Below the pieces are notes generated by a model. The model made no database searches. It was not told the origin of the DNA and saw only the letters and a list, made by a program, of their open reading frames with translations. Shown one piece after another: positions 49,401 to 58,197 of a stretch of 64,000 bases of DNA. The stretch comes from Vitreimonas sp. Lineage in GTDB: Bacteria; Patescibacteriota; Microgenomatia; UBA1400; PJMF01. Numbering within the stretch: position 1 is the stretch's first letter; each line of letters opens with the position of its first letter. The position numbers and the translations under genes are program-made. The stretch covers positions 1,199,705 to 1,263,704 of the forward strand of contig DASPLQ010000012.1 in assembly GCA_035627515.1 (NCBI GenBank), read 5' to 3'.

Positions 49401-50069
49401 TTACAGCACCTTAAATAACAGGCCTAAGTAAATGTAGGGGAGTTGTAAGTACATCACTACTAACAGCAGCCAATCTGGCCACATCCAAGTGTTATTGAGA
49501 GCAATCCACTTCATTTCTTTTGAAGGCTCTTCTGGTATTAACAAGCTGTTCTCGGAAATGTGCCAACTTTCAGCTCTGCTGGCCTTCTGAATATACAACG
49601 CTTTTTGACCATTTCCTTTATCATAAATACTCACAAACGATTCATACTCAAACGGGTATTTCTGACCCACCAGCGAACTATAGTCAGTAACTTGCTCACT
49701 ACTCAACTTTAACTCACCAAAAATATACTCAGCATCCTGGCTAGAAAAATGACACTTATTTGAGTCCTTAATTTCTGCCACAGGCGCTTTGGTAAAAACT
49801 GCACAACCATTAGATATTAAGTCTTGTTTACCATCACCATCGACATCATTGAATAAATATTGAGGATCAGGGTTAAAAGGACCCGCAAAAGAGTGGATGG
49901 GTACTCTTTTTTGCTGAAAAATAAGCCAATTGTCAGCTAGGGGCTCACCAAACACATACCAGTTACCACCCAAATAAAAGAGGGTAATAAATAATCCCAA
50001 AGCTAAGTAAATACCCCATAAAGAAAAGATAATCTTCACGAATTTATTTTCTAGCTTTTTAGTGGCCAT
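49401..50069 (-). CDS. Hypothetical membrane protein with DxDGDG Ca-binding-like loop
   Basis: N- and C-terminal TM; DVDGDGKQDL; start at 50069 or 50081. Confidence 0.65.
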   Translation of the reverse strand: MATKKLENKFVKIIFSLWGIYLALGLFITLFYLGGNWYVFGEPLADNWLIFQQKRVPIHSFAGPFNPDPQYLFNDVDGDGKQDLISNGCAVFTKAPVAEIKDSNKCHFSSQDAEYIFGELKLSSEQVTDYSSLVGQKYPFEYESFVSIYDKGNGQKALYIQKASRAESWHISENSLLIPEEPSKEMKWIALNNTWMWPDWLLLVVMYLQLPYIYLGLLFKVL

Positions 50070-50114
50070 GATGGAGCTCATTATATCTAAGTATGGTTGT
50101 ATAATCCAATTACT

Positions 50115-50351
50115 ATGAAAACCTCCTCACCGTTCCAGTTTTCTCCCCAAGAAATTGAAGATATCAAGGACGCACTCAAAACATATTTCTCTGATGAATT
50201 AGACACTGAGATCAGCAACATGCAAGCTGATCTATTTATCGAATTTTTAAACACCAAAATTGGAAAATATTACTACAATGTTGGGATTGTGAATGCGATT
50301 AAAGAAATGAAACAAAAAACTGATGATTTAGTGTTACTGATTAAAGAGTAG
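50115..50351 (+). CDS. DUF2164 family protein
   Basis: YFSDELDTEI...A..FIEF....IGKYYYN.G. Confidence 0.8.
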   Translation: MKTSSPFQFSPQEIEDIKDALKTYFSDELDTEISNMQADLFIEFLNTKIGKYYYNVGIVNAIKEMKQKTDDLVLLIKE

Positions 50352-50360
50352 AATTAAATC

Positions 50361-50948
50361 ATGACCAACACTCATCCTCTTGCCTCCACCCGACGTCGAA
50401 TGTTTGCAGCCGTGATTGACGTAGTGATTGTGATGTTTTTCTCCCTTCTCTTTTGTATTCCTTTTGGCGGCAGCTTTTCCATGAATGTTGGTTATAGTTT
50501 AGGCGTTTGGGAATTTTCTTATTACAATGGCCATATCTTCCTCCTCACCTTTTTAGGCTATTTTATGATGAGTGATGTCATGGATGGCCGCAGTATTGGC
50601 AAGAAGTTATTAGGTTTAGACATTGTCAGTACCATCAAAGCTAAGCTTGATCGTAATCGCTTAATCATGCGCACCCTGGTGAAGCTCGGTGATTTCTTTT
50701 TCTTAGGTGTGCCATTGATTCTCTTAACTGGTAAAAGTATGGGGGACATGGCGTCCAAAACCCAAGTGGTTTATACCAAAGGCACCAAGCCCTCAACTAT
50801 AAAAGGGTGGAAAGCCACCCTCAAAAAGGGGCTTGGCCTTCTCTTTTTAGCGGTCGCCGTTTGGCTATGGTATGGAATTGTCATTCATATTCCTCAAATT
50901 TGGTCACTGTCACGTGCCGCCCAGAATACTTGGCAAGAGATGAACTAA
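50361..50948 (+). CDS. RDD family protein (probably N-terminal part of an interrupted fusion)
   Basis: ASTRRRMFAAVID, GRSIGKKLLGL, GDMASKTQVV. Confidence 0.85.
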   Translation: MTNTHPLASTRRRMFAAVIDVVIVMFFSLLFCIPFGGSFSMNVGYSLGVWEFSYYNGHIFLLTFLGYFMMSDVMDGRSIGKKLLGLDIVSTIKAKLDRNRLIMRTLVKLGDFFFLGVPLILLTGKSMGDMASKTQVVYTKGTKPSTIKGWKATLKKGLGLLFLAVAVWLWYGIVIHIPQIWSLSRAAQNTWQEMN

Positions 50949-50951
50949 GCT

Positions 50952-51227
50952 ATGGCCACCAATGATTATCATCAGCTCTATTCTAAAGCGGACCCTTTGC
51001 TCCAAAATGACGTTACCGAAGCGGAGTTTGGGGAAATCTTAAACCAACTCAAAGAGCAGGCAAAAATTTCAAATCAGCAGGCTGCTGCGCCATATGAAGC
51101 TCGCTCGTGGATATTTACTAGGACCTTGGGTGAAACTCGTGGGGTAGCAAATCACACGTTTCCTTTTTCACTTACCTTTACTCGTCATGATGGCGAGTGG
51201 CGCTTTGCCGGCTTTCGGTCACCGTAG
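50952..51227 (+). pseudogene. In-frame continuation of the RDD gene beyond a TAA (NTF2-like fragment)
   Basis: AAC TAA GCT ATG: same frame, no RBS; AMATNDYHQLY...DGEWRFAG. Confidence 0.55.
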
Positions 51228-51239
51228 TCAGATTACCAC

Positions 51240-51668
51240 ATGACCATCTACAATCCCAACCATCAAGAAGAAAAAGCTTTTTTTCGGATTGGTCAAAAAG
51301 CCATTATCTTAAATGAATATGGTGAGATGTTATTGTTGCTGCGGTCACAAAAAAGTGGCAATGGTGGCCAGTGGTCACTTGCTGGAGGTGGATTAGAAGC
51401 TAACGAAGATCCTTACCAAGGCTTAGAGCGGGAAATCAGAGAAGAAACCCAACTAGCAGTCACTCATATTAAGCCTTTCACCTTATTTTCGTATCAGAGT
51501 GATAAAGGTGAATCAATTGTGATCATTGGCTATAGTTGTATGGTCAAAAAAGGTGAAGTCATTTTAAATTGGGAACATGATCAATTTAAATGGGTGAAGA
51601 GGGTAGAGGCATTCACAATGAAACTAGGATCACACGCTCGCTTTTTGATTGAACGATTTGAGTCCTGA
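51240..51668 (+). CDS. NUDIX hydrolase
   Basis: WSLAGGGLEANEDPYQGLEREIREET, EHDQFKW. Confidence 0.9.
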   Translation: MTIYNPNHQEEKAFFRIGQKAIILNEYGEMLLLLRSQKSGNGGQWSLAGGGLEANEDPYQGLEREIREETQLAVTHIKPFTLFSYQSDKGESIVIIGYSCMVKKGEVILNWEHDQFKWVKRVEAFTMKLGSHARFLIERFES

Positions 51669-51670
51669 CT

Positions 51671-52171
51671 CTAACTTTTCTTCCCCAAGTGCTTTTTCTT
51701 AAGCAGTTGGTATTCAGGATCATTTTTAGCTAATAAATACTTTTCATAAAACATACTTGCTGAAACTGCTTTGTCATTTGTGGCCCAATCTTTGTTTTGG
51801 GGTAAAATTCTTTGTCTAGCTTTTCTTTGGTCTGTGGGTAGTTTTTCTTTTTGTGGGTTACTGACATATTTTCTGCCCGAAGTATGATTGGCATATCGTC
51901 TGGAGCGGGTATACCCCATCTGCAAAAATTTTCGTGCCATATCCATACCTACAAAATCCTGATGGCTCTTGTACTTTAAGAATAATTTATAAATTGCTAG
52001 TGAAGACTTTTCAGCAATTTCGGGCGTCTTAAACCGCCAATGAGGCAAGATCTCAGATTTATATGGCTCAACTAGTAACACTCCCTGCTCACCTTTGCCT
52101 ACCATATAGAGATCGGGCTGTTCACGAAAATTAATTTTTTTGAAATCTAAATCATAGTTAAATTTTGACAC
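51671..52171 (-). CDS. DUF4385 family protein
   Basis: GKGEQGVLLVEPYKSEILPHWRFKTP, DMARKFLQMGYTRSRRYANH. Confidence 0.88.
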   Translation of the reverse strand: MSKFNYDLDFKKINFREQPDLYMVGKGEQGVLLVEPYKSEILPHWRFKTPEIAEKSSLAIYKLFLKYKSHQDFVGMDMARKFLQMGYTRSRRYANHTSGRKYVSNPQKEKLPTDQRKARQRILPQNKDWATNDKAVSASMFYEKYLLAKNDPEYQLLKKKHLGKKS

Positions 52172-52194
52172 AGCACATTTTAATCATTGAATGA

Positions 52195-52237
52195 CAAAAT
52201 GCTGTAAGAAATAGCCCAAAAATGCAGCAAAATGCTG
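52195..52237. repeat. Three copies of AAAATGCWG in a divergent promoter region
   Basis: CAAAATGCTG 52195-52204, AAAATGCAG 52219-52227, CAAAATGCTG 52228-52237. Confidence 0.6.
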
Positions 52238-52282
52238 CTGTTTTTTTGTATTTAAGTGCTCACCACGTATAATCAGCGAGTA

Positions 52283-53698
52283 ATGGCTCATTTTCTTAAA
52301 CGCCTTACCATTCGTCTTAATCACTCTTTAGATGCTGCTTTTACCACTAAAGCTAAAAAAGTGGGCATAAGCAAATCCAAACTCTTGCGGCAGTGGCTAC
52401 AAGAAGACCTTTCCACTCTCCAGCTATTTTCCACAGTTCCAATGACTAAAACTGTCAGTTATTCGTGTGCTTTAAGCGATGATGATTTCACCCGTCTCTC
52501 TGAGATAGCAGATCGCTTTCATCTTTCTCATACTAAATTGATTCAAGTGCTGATTGAAAATAAAACCCAGGTTAAACCCCTGCCTTCTGCTGCCAGCTCG
52601 TCTCCCTTAAATGTATCGTTACTAAGTGAACTGCTTAACCAAGGACATCTCAGAGAGGTTACACAACTCTATACTGGCTATGTTGAAGGTTACTCAGTTG
52701 AATCATTATTTTCATTGCTAGAAGCCAATTTTGAGATGGGAAATGGAGAAGCATCACATCAATTGTTGAACCTGCTACACGAAAAAATTTCTCCTCACCA
52801 TCAGACACACTCATTATTATTGACAACATATAAAGCGTATTATTTGATGAGTTACTATCGTGATTTGAAAAAAAGCACTCAACTCCTTGACCAAGTTGAG
52901 CCATTTATTGCTCATATCCAAGATCGACAGTTTCTGGGTATTTATTACCGGATTAAAGGCCTACTCGCTTACTATAGTGACGATATCCTCAATGGCATTC
53001 AGTTTCTTGATCGCTCAATTGATTATTTAGATCCCATTTATTATCAGCGGCAATTTTTATACAGTGCGGTGGAGCTCCTCAAAATTTATACTGGGCAATG
53101 TAACTGGGAAATGGTGAAACTCTTTCATATCAAAATTCAATCTCTTCTCGATCGTCATCCAAATGTTTTTTTCACTTCATGGTTCAATCGCCATAAAACT
53201 CTCTATTATTTAAGTCAGCGTAATTATCAAACTGCCTTAGATCTCATTAATGAGTCAGTTCGGTGTGATCAAATTTCTGGTTCCAGATGGGCCTTATCCG
53301 TTACCTACCGGGAAAAAGCTAAAATTTTATTAGCACTGAATCGTAAAGCTGAAGCAATACAGTATTTTCAAAATTCAAGCTGGATCGATACTAGCTTTAG
53401 ACCTCATGTGCATTTTAGCCGTTCGAAATTATATTCCAATTTCATGAGTACTGAGTTGCAAAACGAAAGTGCTTTTAAGTGCTTAGAAAATTTAACAGTG
53501 TCTAACTCACAAAGTGTTGAACCTAGCTTAGGTAGTTACGTTTATTACACTGCTCAATTTTTACACGGGAACACTAAAAAAGAGCGCCTCACAGGTGAAC
53601 AGGGTTTAAAGTCATTAACAGCACATGGTGCGTATTCGCTCATCAAAACTGCTGCCAAAGAAACACTCACCAAACACCAGTTCGAAACCGCACTTTAA
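52283..53698 (+). CDS. Putative regulator: tandem ribbon-helix-helix-like N-terminus plus TPR-like helical domain
   Basis: RLTIRL...AKKVGISKSKLLRQWL and VSYSCAL...ADRFHLSHTKLIQVLI; TPR-like helices; start 52283 after TATAAT. Confidence 0.6.
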   Translation: MAHFLKRLTIRLNHSLDAAFTTKAKKVGISKSKLLRQWLQEDLSTLQLFSTVPMTKTVSYSCALSDDDFTRLSEIADRFHLSHTKLIQVLIENKTQVKPLPSAASSSPLNVSLLSELLNQGHLREVTQLYTGYVEGYSVESLFSLLEANFEMGNGEASHQLLNLLHEKISPHHQTHSLLLTTYKAYYLMSYYRDLKKSTQLLDQVEPFIAHIQDRQFLGIYYRIKGLLAYYSDDILNGIQFLDRSIDYLDPIYYQRQFLYSAVELLKIYTGQCNWEMVKLFHIKIQSLLDRHPNVFFTSWFNRHKTLYYLSQRNYQTALDLINESVRCDQISGSRWALSVTYREKAKILLALNRKAEAIQYFQNSSWIDTSFRPHVHFSRSKLYSNFMSTELQNESAFKCLENLTVSNSQSVEPSLGSYVYYTAQFLHGNTKKERLTGEQGLKSLTAHGAYSLIKTAAKETLTKHQFETAL

Positions 53699-53847
53699 AT
53701 ACATACATCTGAATCAAATTTAGCCTGGTTTCATTCGCCCTATTGACACTTCTGAGTAATAACTCTTTAATTGAAGTATTACGTAAAGATCCTGCCCGAT
53801 CGCCGACCATTTTTGGTGACGTGGCAGAACCAGAAAAAGGGAGGCAT

Positions 53848-53991
53848 ATGCCTGCAGCTAAAAAGAAGAGCGCTGTTAAATCAGCCAAGAAAACTGTTAA
53901 GAAAGTAGTCAAAAAGGTAGTTAAAAAAGCTAAAACTGCCGTCAAAAAAGTGGCTAAAAAAACCACTAAAAAGACTGCTAAAAAGAAATAA
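53848..53991 (+). CDS. 47-aa histone H1-like Lys/Ala/Val-rich protein
   Basis: SD GGGAGG; MPAAKKKSAVKSAKKTVKKVVKK...; upstream TTGACA-17nt-TTTAAT; terminator downstream. Confidence 0.8.
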   Translation: MPAAKKKSAVKSAKKTVKKVVKKVVKKAKTAVKKVAKKTTKKTAKKK

Positions 53992-54011
53992 TTTAACTTT
54001 TAGTTCGTCTT

Positions 54012-54042
54012 AAAAACGGTGTCATCTGACACCGTTTTTTTT
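54012..54042. terminator. Bidirectional Rho-independent terminator
   Basis: AAAAACGGTGTCA-TC-TGACACCGTTTTTTTT between convergent genes. Confidence 0.88.
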
Positions 54043-54055
54043 ATACTTAGTCTAT

Positions 54056-54682
54056 TCATTCGGGAAGAATAATATCGTGAGTAGCATAATAAACCTCACC
54101 ATTATCAGTGGTCTGCTTATCTAGTTTTACAATATATGCTTCATCAATTTGCTGATTACGAGCCGCCGGCAAAAACATTTGTGAGGTAATAATTTCTCGC
54201 TGACCATCCCAGACTTTAAAATGAATATGCGGTGGGCGATAAGCGGTGCCTTGACCATATCCCAAGGGGATCACCGTTTCAAAGTAATAACTGCCATCAC
54301 TTTGAGTAGTAACCTGACCGCGGTACCATTCATCTTCATAGTTACCAGACTCATTGGCTTGCCAAATATCAATTACAACGCTGCCAGCTGGTACCTGACA
54401 ATCGCTTTTCAACACCTTACCACTGACAATGAGTTTTTGACCGGTATTTACCTCTGGAGCAATATTCGTTCTAAATGGTGAATTTGCTTGGTAATACGGG
54501 CCACCACCATCCACAAAGGTGGGTATACAGTTAGGATTAAGGCTGGGCGTTGGTAAAGCTGAATCAGTCGGGATGGGAGAAGAGGAAACAGTCAGATTTG
54601 TCTGCAAACGTCGGTTGTTTAGAGAGATCAGTATGCCACTAATTACCAGTAATGTGATCAGGGTGATGTGCTTGGCATTCAT
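54056..54682 (-). CDS. Intradiol ring-cleavage dioxygenase-like protein with N-terminal anchor
   Basis: GPYY, DIWQANESGNY, RG..T..DG.Y.F.T..P.GY, RPPHIHFKV. Confidence 0.82.
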   Translation of the reverse strand: MNAKHITLITLLVISGILISLNNRRLQTNLTVSSSPIPTDSALPTPSLNPNCIPTFVDGGGPYYQANSPFRTNIAPEVNTGQKLIVSGKVLKSDCQVPAGSVVIDIWQANESGNYEDEWYRGQVTTQSDGSYYFETVIPLGYGQGTAYRPPHIHFKVWDGQREIITSQMFLPAARNQQIDEAYIVKLDKQTTDNGEVYYATHDIILPE

Positions 54683-54705
54683 GCCCTTTATAATACACCA
54701 AAGCT

Positions 54706-55872
54706 ATGGTAAGAAAATCTCGAAAGTTATTGATGGGAATCACGATTGTGGCAGTGGTGGGTGTGATCATAGGCAGTTGGCTGGGCCTGCTCTATGCCTA
54801 CTATGGTCACCAAACCTTTTTCTTTTTAGTCAAAGCTCCTCCTCGAACGATTGTTGAGTACTCCAAAAACATAGTCAGTGCGCCCGTTAGTGCTCCTGAG
54901 CCTAACTCCACTCAAACAACTCCTGATACCACCGCACCACCTGTCCCAACCTCACATACCATTCCTACCATGAGTCATATGTACCAAAAACTTAATAATT
55001 GTGGTCCTAGTTCGGTAGCCATGGCAGCCAGTAGTTATGACATTACCTTTGATCAATTTGCCGCGGCAGAAGTGCTAAAAGGCAACGACAAAGACAAAAA
55101 CGTCTCACCAACTGAGCTAGTGGCTTTTCTGTCTACTCAACATTTATCGGCTATTCACCGTGTCAACGGCACCCCAGCCCAAATTGAAGCACTAGTAGCT
55201 CAGGGCATTCCTGTTATCGTCGAACAATGGTTGGAAAAAAGAGGCACCGGCGAGTTAGTGGGACATTATCGGGTCGTAAGAGGTTACAACCGTCAGCGCC
55301 AACTCTTTATCACTAATGATTCATTTAATGGCCCCAACTTCACCATTCCCTATGCCCAGTTTGAAGAATGGTGGCGACCATTTAACCGAACTTACATTCC
55401 CGTTTATCGACCTGACCAAGCAGAAACCGTGCGCACTATTTTAGGCTCTGATTGGGAAGTGGCAGCTAATTGGCAGCGGGCTAGCCAGCAAGCCCAACAA
55501 GATATTCAAAACCACAACGATGGCTATGCCTACTTTAATGCAGGCATTACTGCTGTGGCATTAGAAAAATATCCTGAAGCCGTAGCCGCCTTTAATAAAG
55601 CCCTCACTTTTAGTTTTCCGGAGCATTTTTTGTGGTATCAATTTGATTTATTCGAGGCCTACTTCCAAGTAGGGGAGTATGACAAAGTTTTGGAATTAAC
55701 AGACCACTTACTGAAAGAGGCGGGTGAGGTAGAAGAAGCTCGGTATTATCGCGGGCTGGTTTTTGAGCACCAAGGTGAGATTGAGAAAGCTAAAGCTGAA
55801 GCTCAAAAAGCAGTCACTGCCAATCCTCGTTACCAACCTGCCCAAGACTTACTTACGCGTTTGGCTTCCTAA
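54706..55872 (+). CDS. Membrane-anchored C39-like cysteine peptidase with TPR domain
   Basis: QKLNNCGP, GHYRVVRGY, ND; C-terminal TPR. Confidence 0.82.
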   Translation: MVRKSRKLLMGITIVAVVGVIIGSWLGLLYAYYGHQTFFFLVKAPPRTIVEYSKNIVSAPVSAPEPNSTQTTPDTTAPPVPTSHTIPTMSHMYQKLNNCGPSSVAMAASSYDITFDQFAAAEVLKGNDKDKNVSPTELVAFLSTQHLSAIHRVNGTPAQIEALVAQGIPVIVEQWLEKRGTGELVGHYRVVRGYNRQRQLFITNDSFNGPNFTIPYAQFEEWWRPFNRTYIPVYRPDQAETVRTILGSDWEVAANWQRASQQAQQDIQNHNDGYAYFNAGITAVALEKYPEAVAAFNKALTFSFPEHFLWYQFDLFEAYFQVGEYDKVLELTDHLLKEAGEVEEARYYRGLVFEHQGEIEKAKAEAQKAVTANPRYQPAQDLLTRLAS

Positions 55873-57217
55873 GCAACTGCCACAAAGAAATTCCTAGAAG
55901 AAGATCTTGCACGATAAAACCGGTTGAAAACGCTACGGGTAAAGCAAATAAACCTAATGTCGGTAATAACCACGTACTCACACCTAAACTAACCATGATC
56001 GCCACCACATGAATTGCCGACGGACGCAAGGTATTTCGTAACGCATAATGCGCTCTAGCGAGTAAATGCATCATGCTCTCAAATGGAATAGAAATCGCAT
56101 ACACCGACAGCAGGGCAGCCGTGGTAGCTACAGCGTCGGCTGTAAATTTACCGCCACCTAATAACGTGTTTACCAGCGGATAACTGATCATAGCAACTGT
56201 CACAGCAGCGGCAGTGGTGATCACAAAAATCTTCACGGTGTCAAAAATAATGGTGGTCCGGAAGGCTGCAAGTTTCTTTTGGGCAGCTAAATGGCTCAAA
56301 TCTGCAAAGGCTGCCAGGGCAATGGCCACCCCAATTAAACTGACTGGGACGCTTTGAAAGTTATAGGCAAAATTGTACTGAGTGACACCACCCGCTCCGG
56401 TTTGGGTGGCCAAGTTCACAAACCACCACAACATCACTTGCCACATCCCAATTTGAATCATTTTTGGCAACATTAAACGGAATGTCTCGATCATTTCGGG
56501 ACTAAAACGCATCACAAATCGCGGTCGAAAACCATACTGCAACAACTCTGGCACACGAATCGCCATGTGCAGAGCCGCCCCCACAATCGTACCCATCACC
56601 AACCCTGCCACGCCGATATGAGGGTATAACATCACCACTCCTACAATAATGCCCAAGTTGTACATAACCGGCGCCAAGCCATACCATAAAAAGCCCTTCA
56701 AACTTAACAACGCATTCCCAAAGGTATTACTGACTGTAAACAAAAAAGGCGCCATCAACATCAATCGGGTGACCCAAATATATTGGGCTTGTTCAACCGG
56801 CGAAAAACCTTTGACCAACCAGGGAGTCAAAAGCGGGAGAAAAATCGCAAACAACACGCTAAAGACTCCCAAAAAACTTAGTGTCCAACTCAATACTTCA
56901 TTTATATAAAGAATAGCTTTATGACGATTTTTTTCATCGAAGCTCGTAAAAATGGGTACAAAGGCTGCTGAAAGAGCGCCACTCACAAAAACAGCAAATA
57001 AAAAATCCGGCACTACAAAAGCGGCATTATAAATATCTAAGTCAGGCGACGCCCCGATACTATACGCAAAAACTTTATCACGCGTTAAGCCTAACAAATA
57101 ACTTAGTGCTGAAGTACCGGTTAAAGTTAAGCTGGTATGGAAAAGCAGGTTGTACAAACCGCCTTCGGTATTAACACGATGGAGAAAGTTATTTTTTAAG
57201 TTAATAAGGGCAAACAT
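55853..57217 (-). CDS. murJ: Lipid II flippase MurJ (MviN)
   Basis: LGLTRD, AAFVVPD, GALSAAFVP, PVMYNLGII; start moved to 57217 after TACAAT. Confidence 0.88.
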   Translation of the reverse strand: MFALINLKNNFLHRVNTEGGLYNLLFHTSLTLTGTSALSYLLGLTRDKVFAYSIGASPDLDIYNAAFVVPDFLFAVFVSGALSAAFVPIFTSFDEKNRHKAILYINEVLSWTLSFLGVFSVLFAIFLPLLTPWLVKGFSPVEQAQYIWVTRLMLMAPFLFTVSNTFGNALLSLKGFLWYGLAPVMYNLGIIVGVVMLYPHIGVAGLVMGTIVGAALHMAIRVPELLQYGFRPRFVMRFSPEMIETFRLMLPKMIQIGMWQVMLWWFVNLATQTGAGGVTQYNFAYNFQSVPVSLIGVAIALAAFADLSHLAAQKKLAAFRTTIIFDTVKIFVITTAAAVTVAMISYPLVNTLLGGGKFTADAVATTAALLSVYAISIPFESMMHLLARAHYALRNTLRPSAIHVVAIMVSLGVSTWLLPTLGLFALPVAFSTGFIVQDLLLGISLWQLLRKPNA

Positions 57218-57249
57218 ATTCCTATTGTAACCTACTGCAATAGGGATCC

Positions 57250-58197
57250 TTAAATCACCAACACTTCCCACCCGACAAATAAGACATATCCCAGTAATAA
57301 CAACGCACTTTCAGCGCGTGAAAGGGTATTTTTGGACCGGGCAAATACAAAAAACAACAATAAGCCAATTACTAAAAAACTTAACCGGTGGGCAACAAAG
57401 TTTGGCAAATAAATGGGCTGGCCATAGAAAAGTGTTAAGACACCCAAAATGAGTGTATTGGCACTGGCAGAACCCAAGTAATCAGCTAAAGCCAGTTCTT
57501 CTTGCTTATTAAAAATTGAGCGCGCTACCAAGGATAACTCAGGCAAGTTCGTACCAAGGGAAATCACAATTAAACTCACAAAAAAAGGCGATACTTGAAT
57601 ATACTCAGCAAAAAAAAGTGTTGAGGTCACAATTTGTTGGCTAGCTAACCATAGAATAGCTACGCCAGATCCAATTTTGAGTGCTTCTTTACCAAGACTT
57701 AGTTTTTGAGTTGTGACACTGGCAAGCATTTTTTCCCACCAGGGTCGTTTTTGCATCAAAAACAAAAACAATAAAAAATAAAGTAAGATCAATAAAACTG
57801 CCTCAGCGGCCTCAATTTGCTGATCAAAAGTGAGCAAAGAAGGGGCGAGAACCACTATTAACGTTAGCACAATCTGGTTTTGGGTCAAAAGTTTAGGAAT
57901 TTTGATCCCGGCATTGAGAAAGGCTAGCAAAGGAATGATCAATAAAAAGACTACAATCACCCCACCCAGTAGATTACCCACAAAGATCTCAGGATCTGCA
58001 CCCTGTAATGCGGAAACACCAATGCTGATTTCCGGCAAAGACGTCATCAAGCCCAACACAAAAAATGACAAAGTGAAAACTGGCAGTCGCCACAGTTTAG
58101 CAATCCTCAGCGCTGCTGAGATAACTATACCAGCGGCAAACCAGAGCCCTAAAAAGGACAGTCCATACAAAAATGCGTGCCAATATACTGCTGTCAT
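57250..58197 (-). CDS. Na+/Ca2+ exchanger family (CaCA) antiporter
   Basis: Alpha repeats TSLPE and GTNLPE; GNLLG. Confidence 0.88.
   Translation of the reverse strand: MTAVYWHAFLYGLSFLGLWFAAGIVISAALRIAKLWRLPVFTLSFFVLGLMTSLPEISIGVSALQGADPEIFVGNLLGGVIVVFLLIIPLLAFLNAGIKIPKLLTQNQIVLTLIVVLAPSLLTFDQQIEAAEAVLLILLYFLLFLFLMQKRPWWEKMLASVTTQKLSLGKEALKIGSGVAILWLASQQIVTSTLFFAEYIQVSPFFVSLIVISLGTNLPELSLVARSIFNKQEELALADYLGSASANTLILGVLTLFYGQPIYLPNFVAHRLSFLVIGLLLFFVFARSKNTLSRAESALLLLGYVLFVGWEVLVI

Noticed and set aside
45408-52171. Integron cassette array or prophage at tRNA-His
   Set aside because: No integrase, attC-like repeats, tRNA 3' duplication or phage genes; mixed orientation
53667-53966. 99-aa hydrophobic minus-strand ORF
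   Set aside because: Mirror of the Lys-rich gene (AAA codons read as TTT); the plus strand has the SD, promoter and terminator
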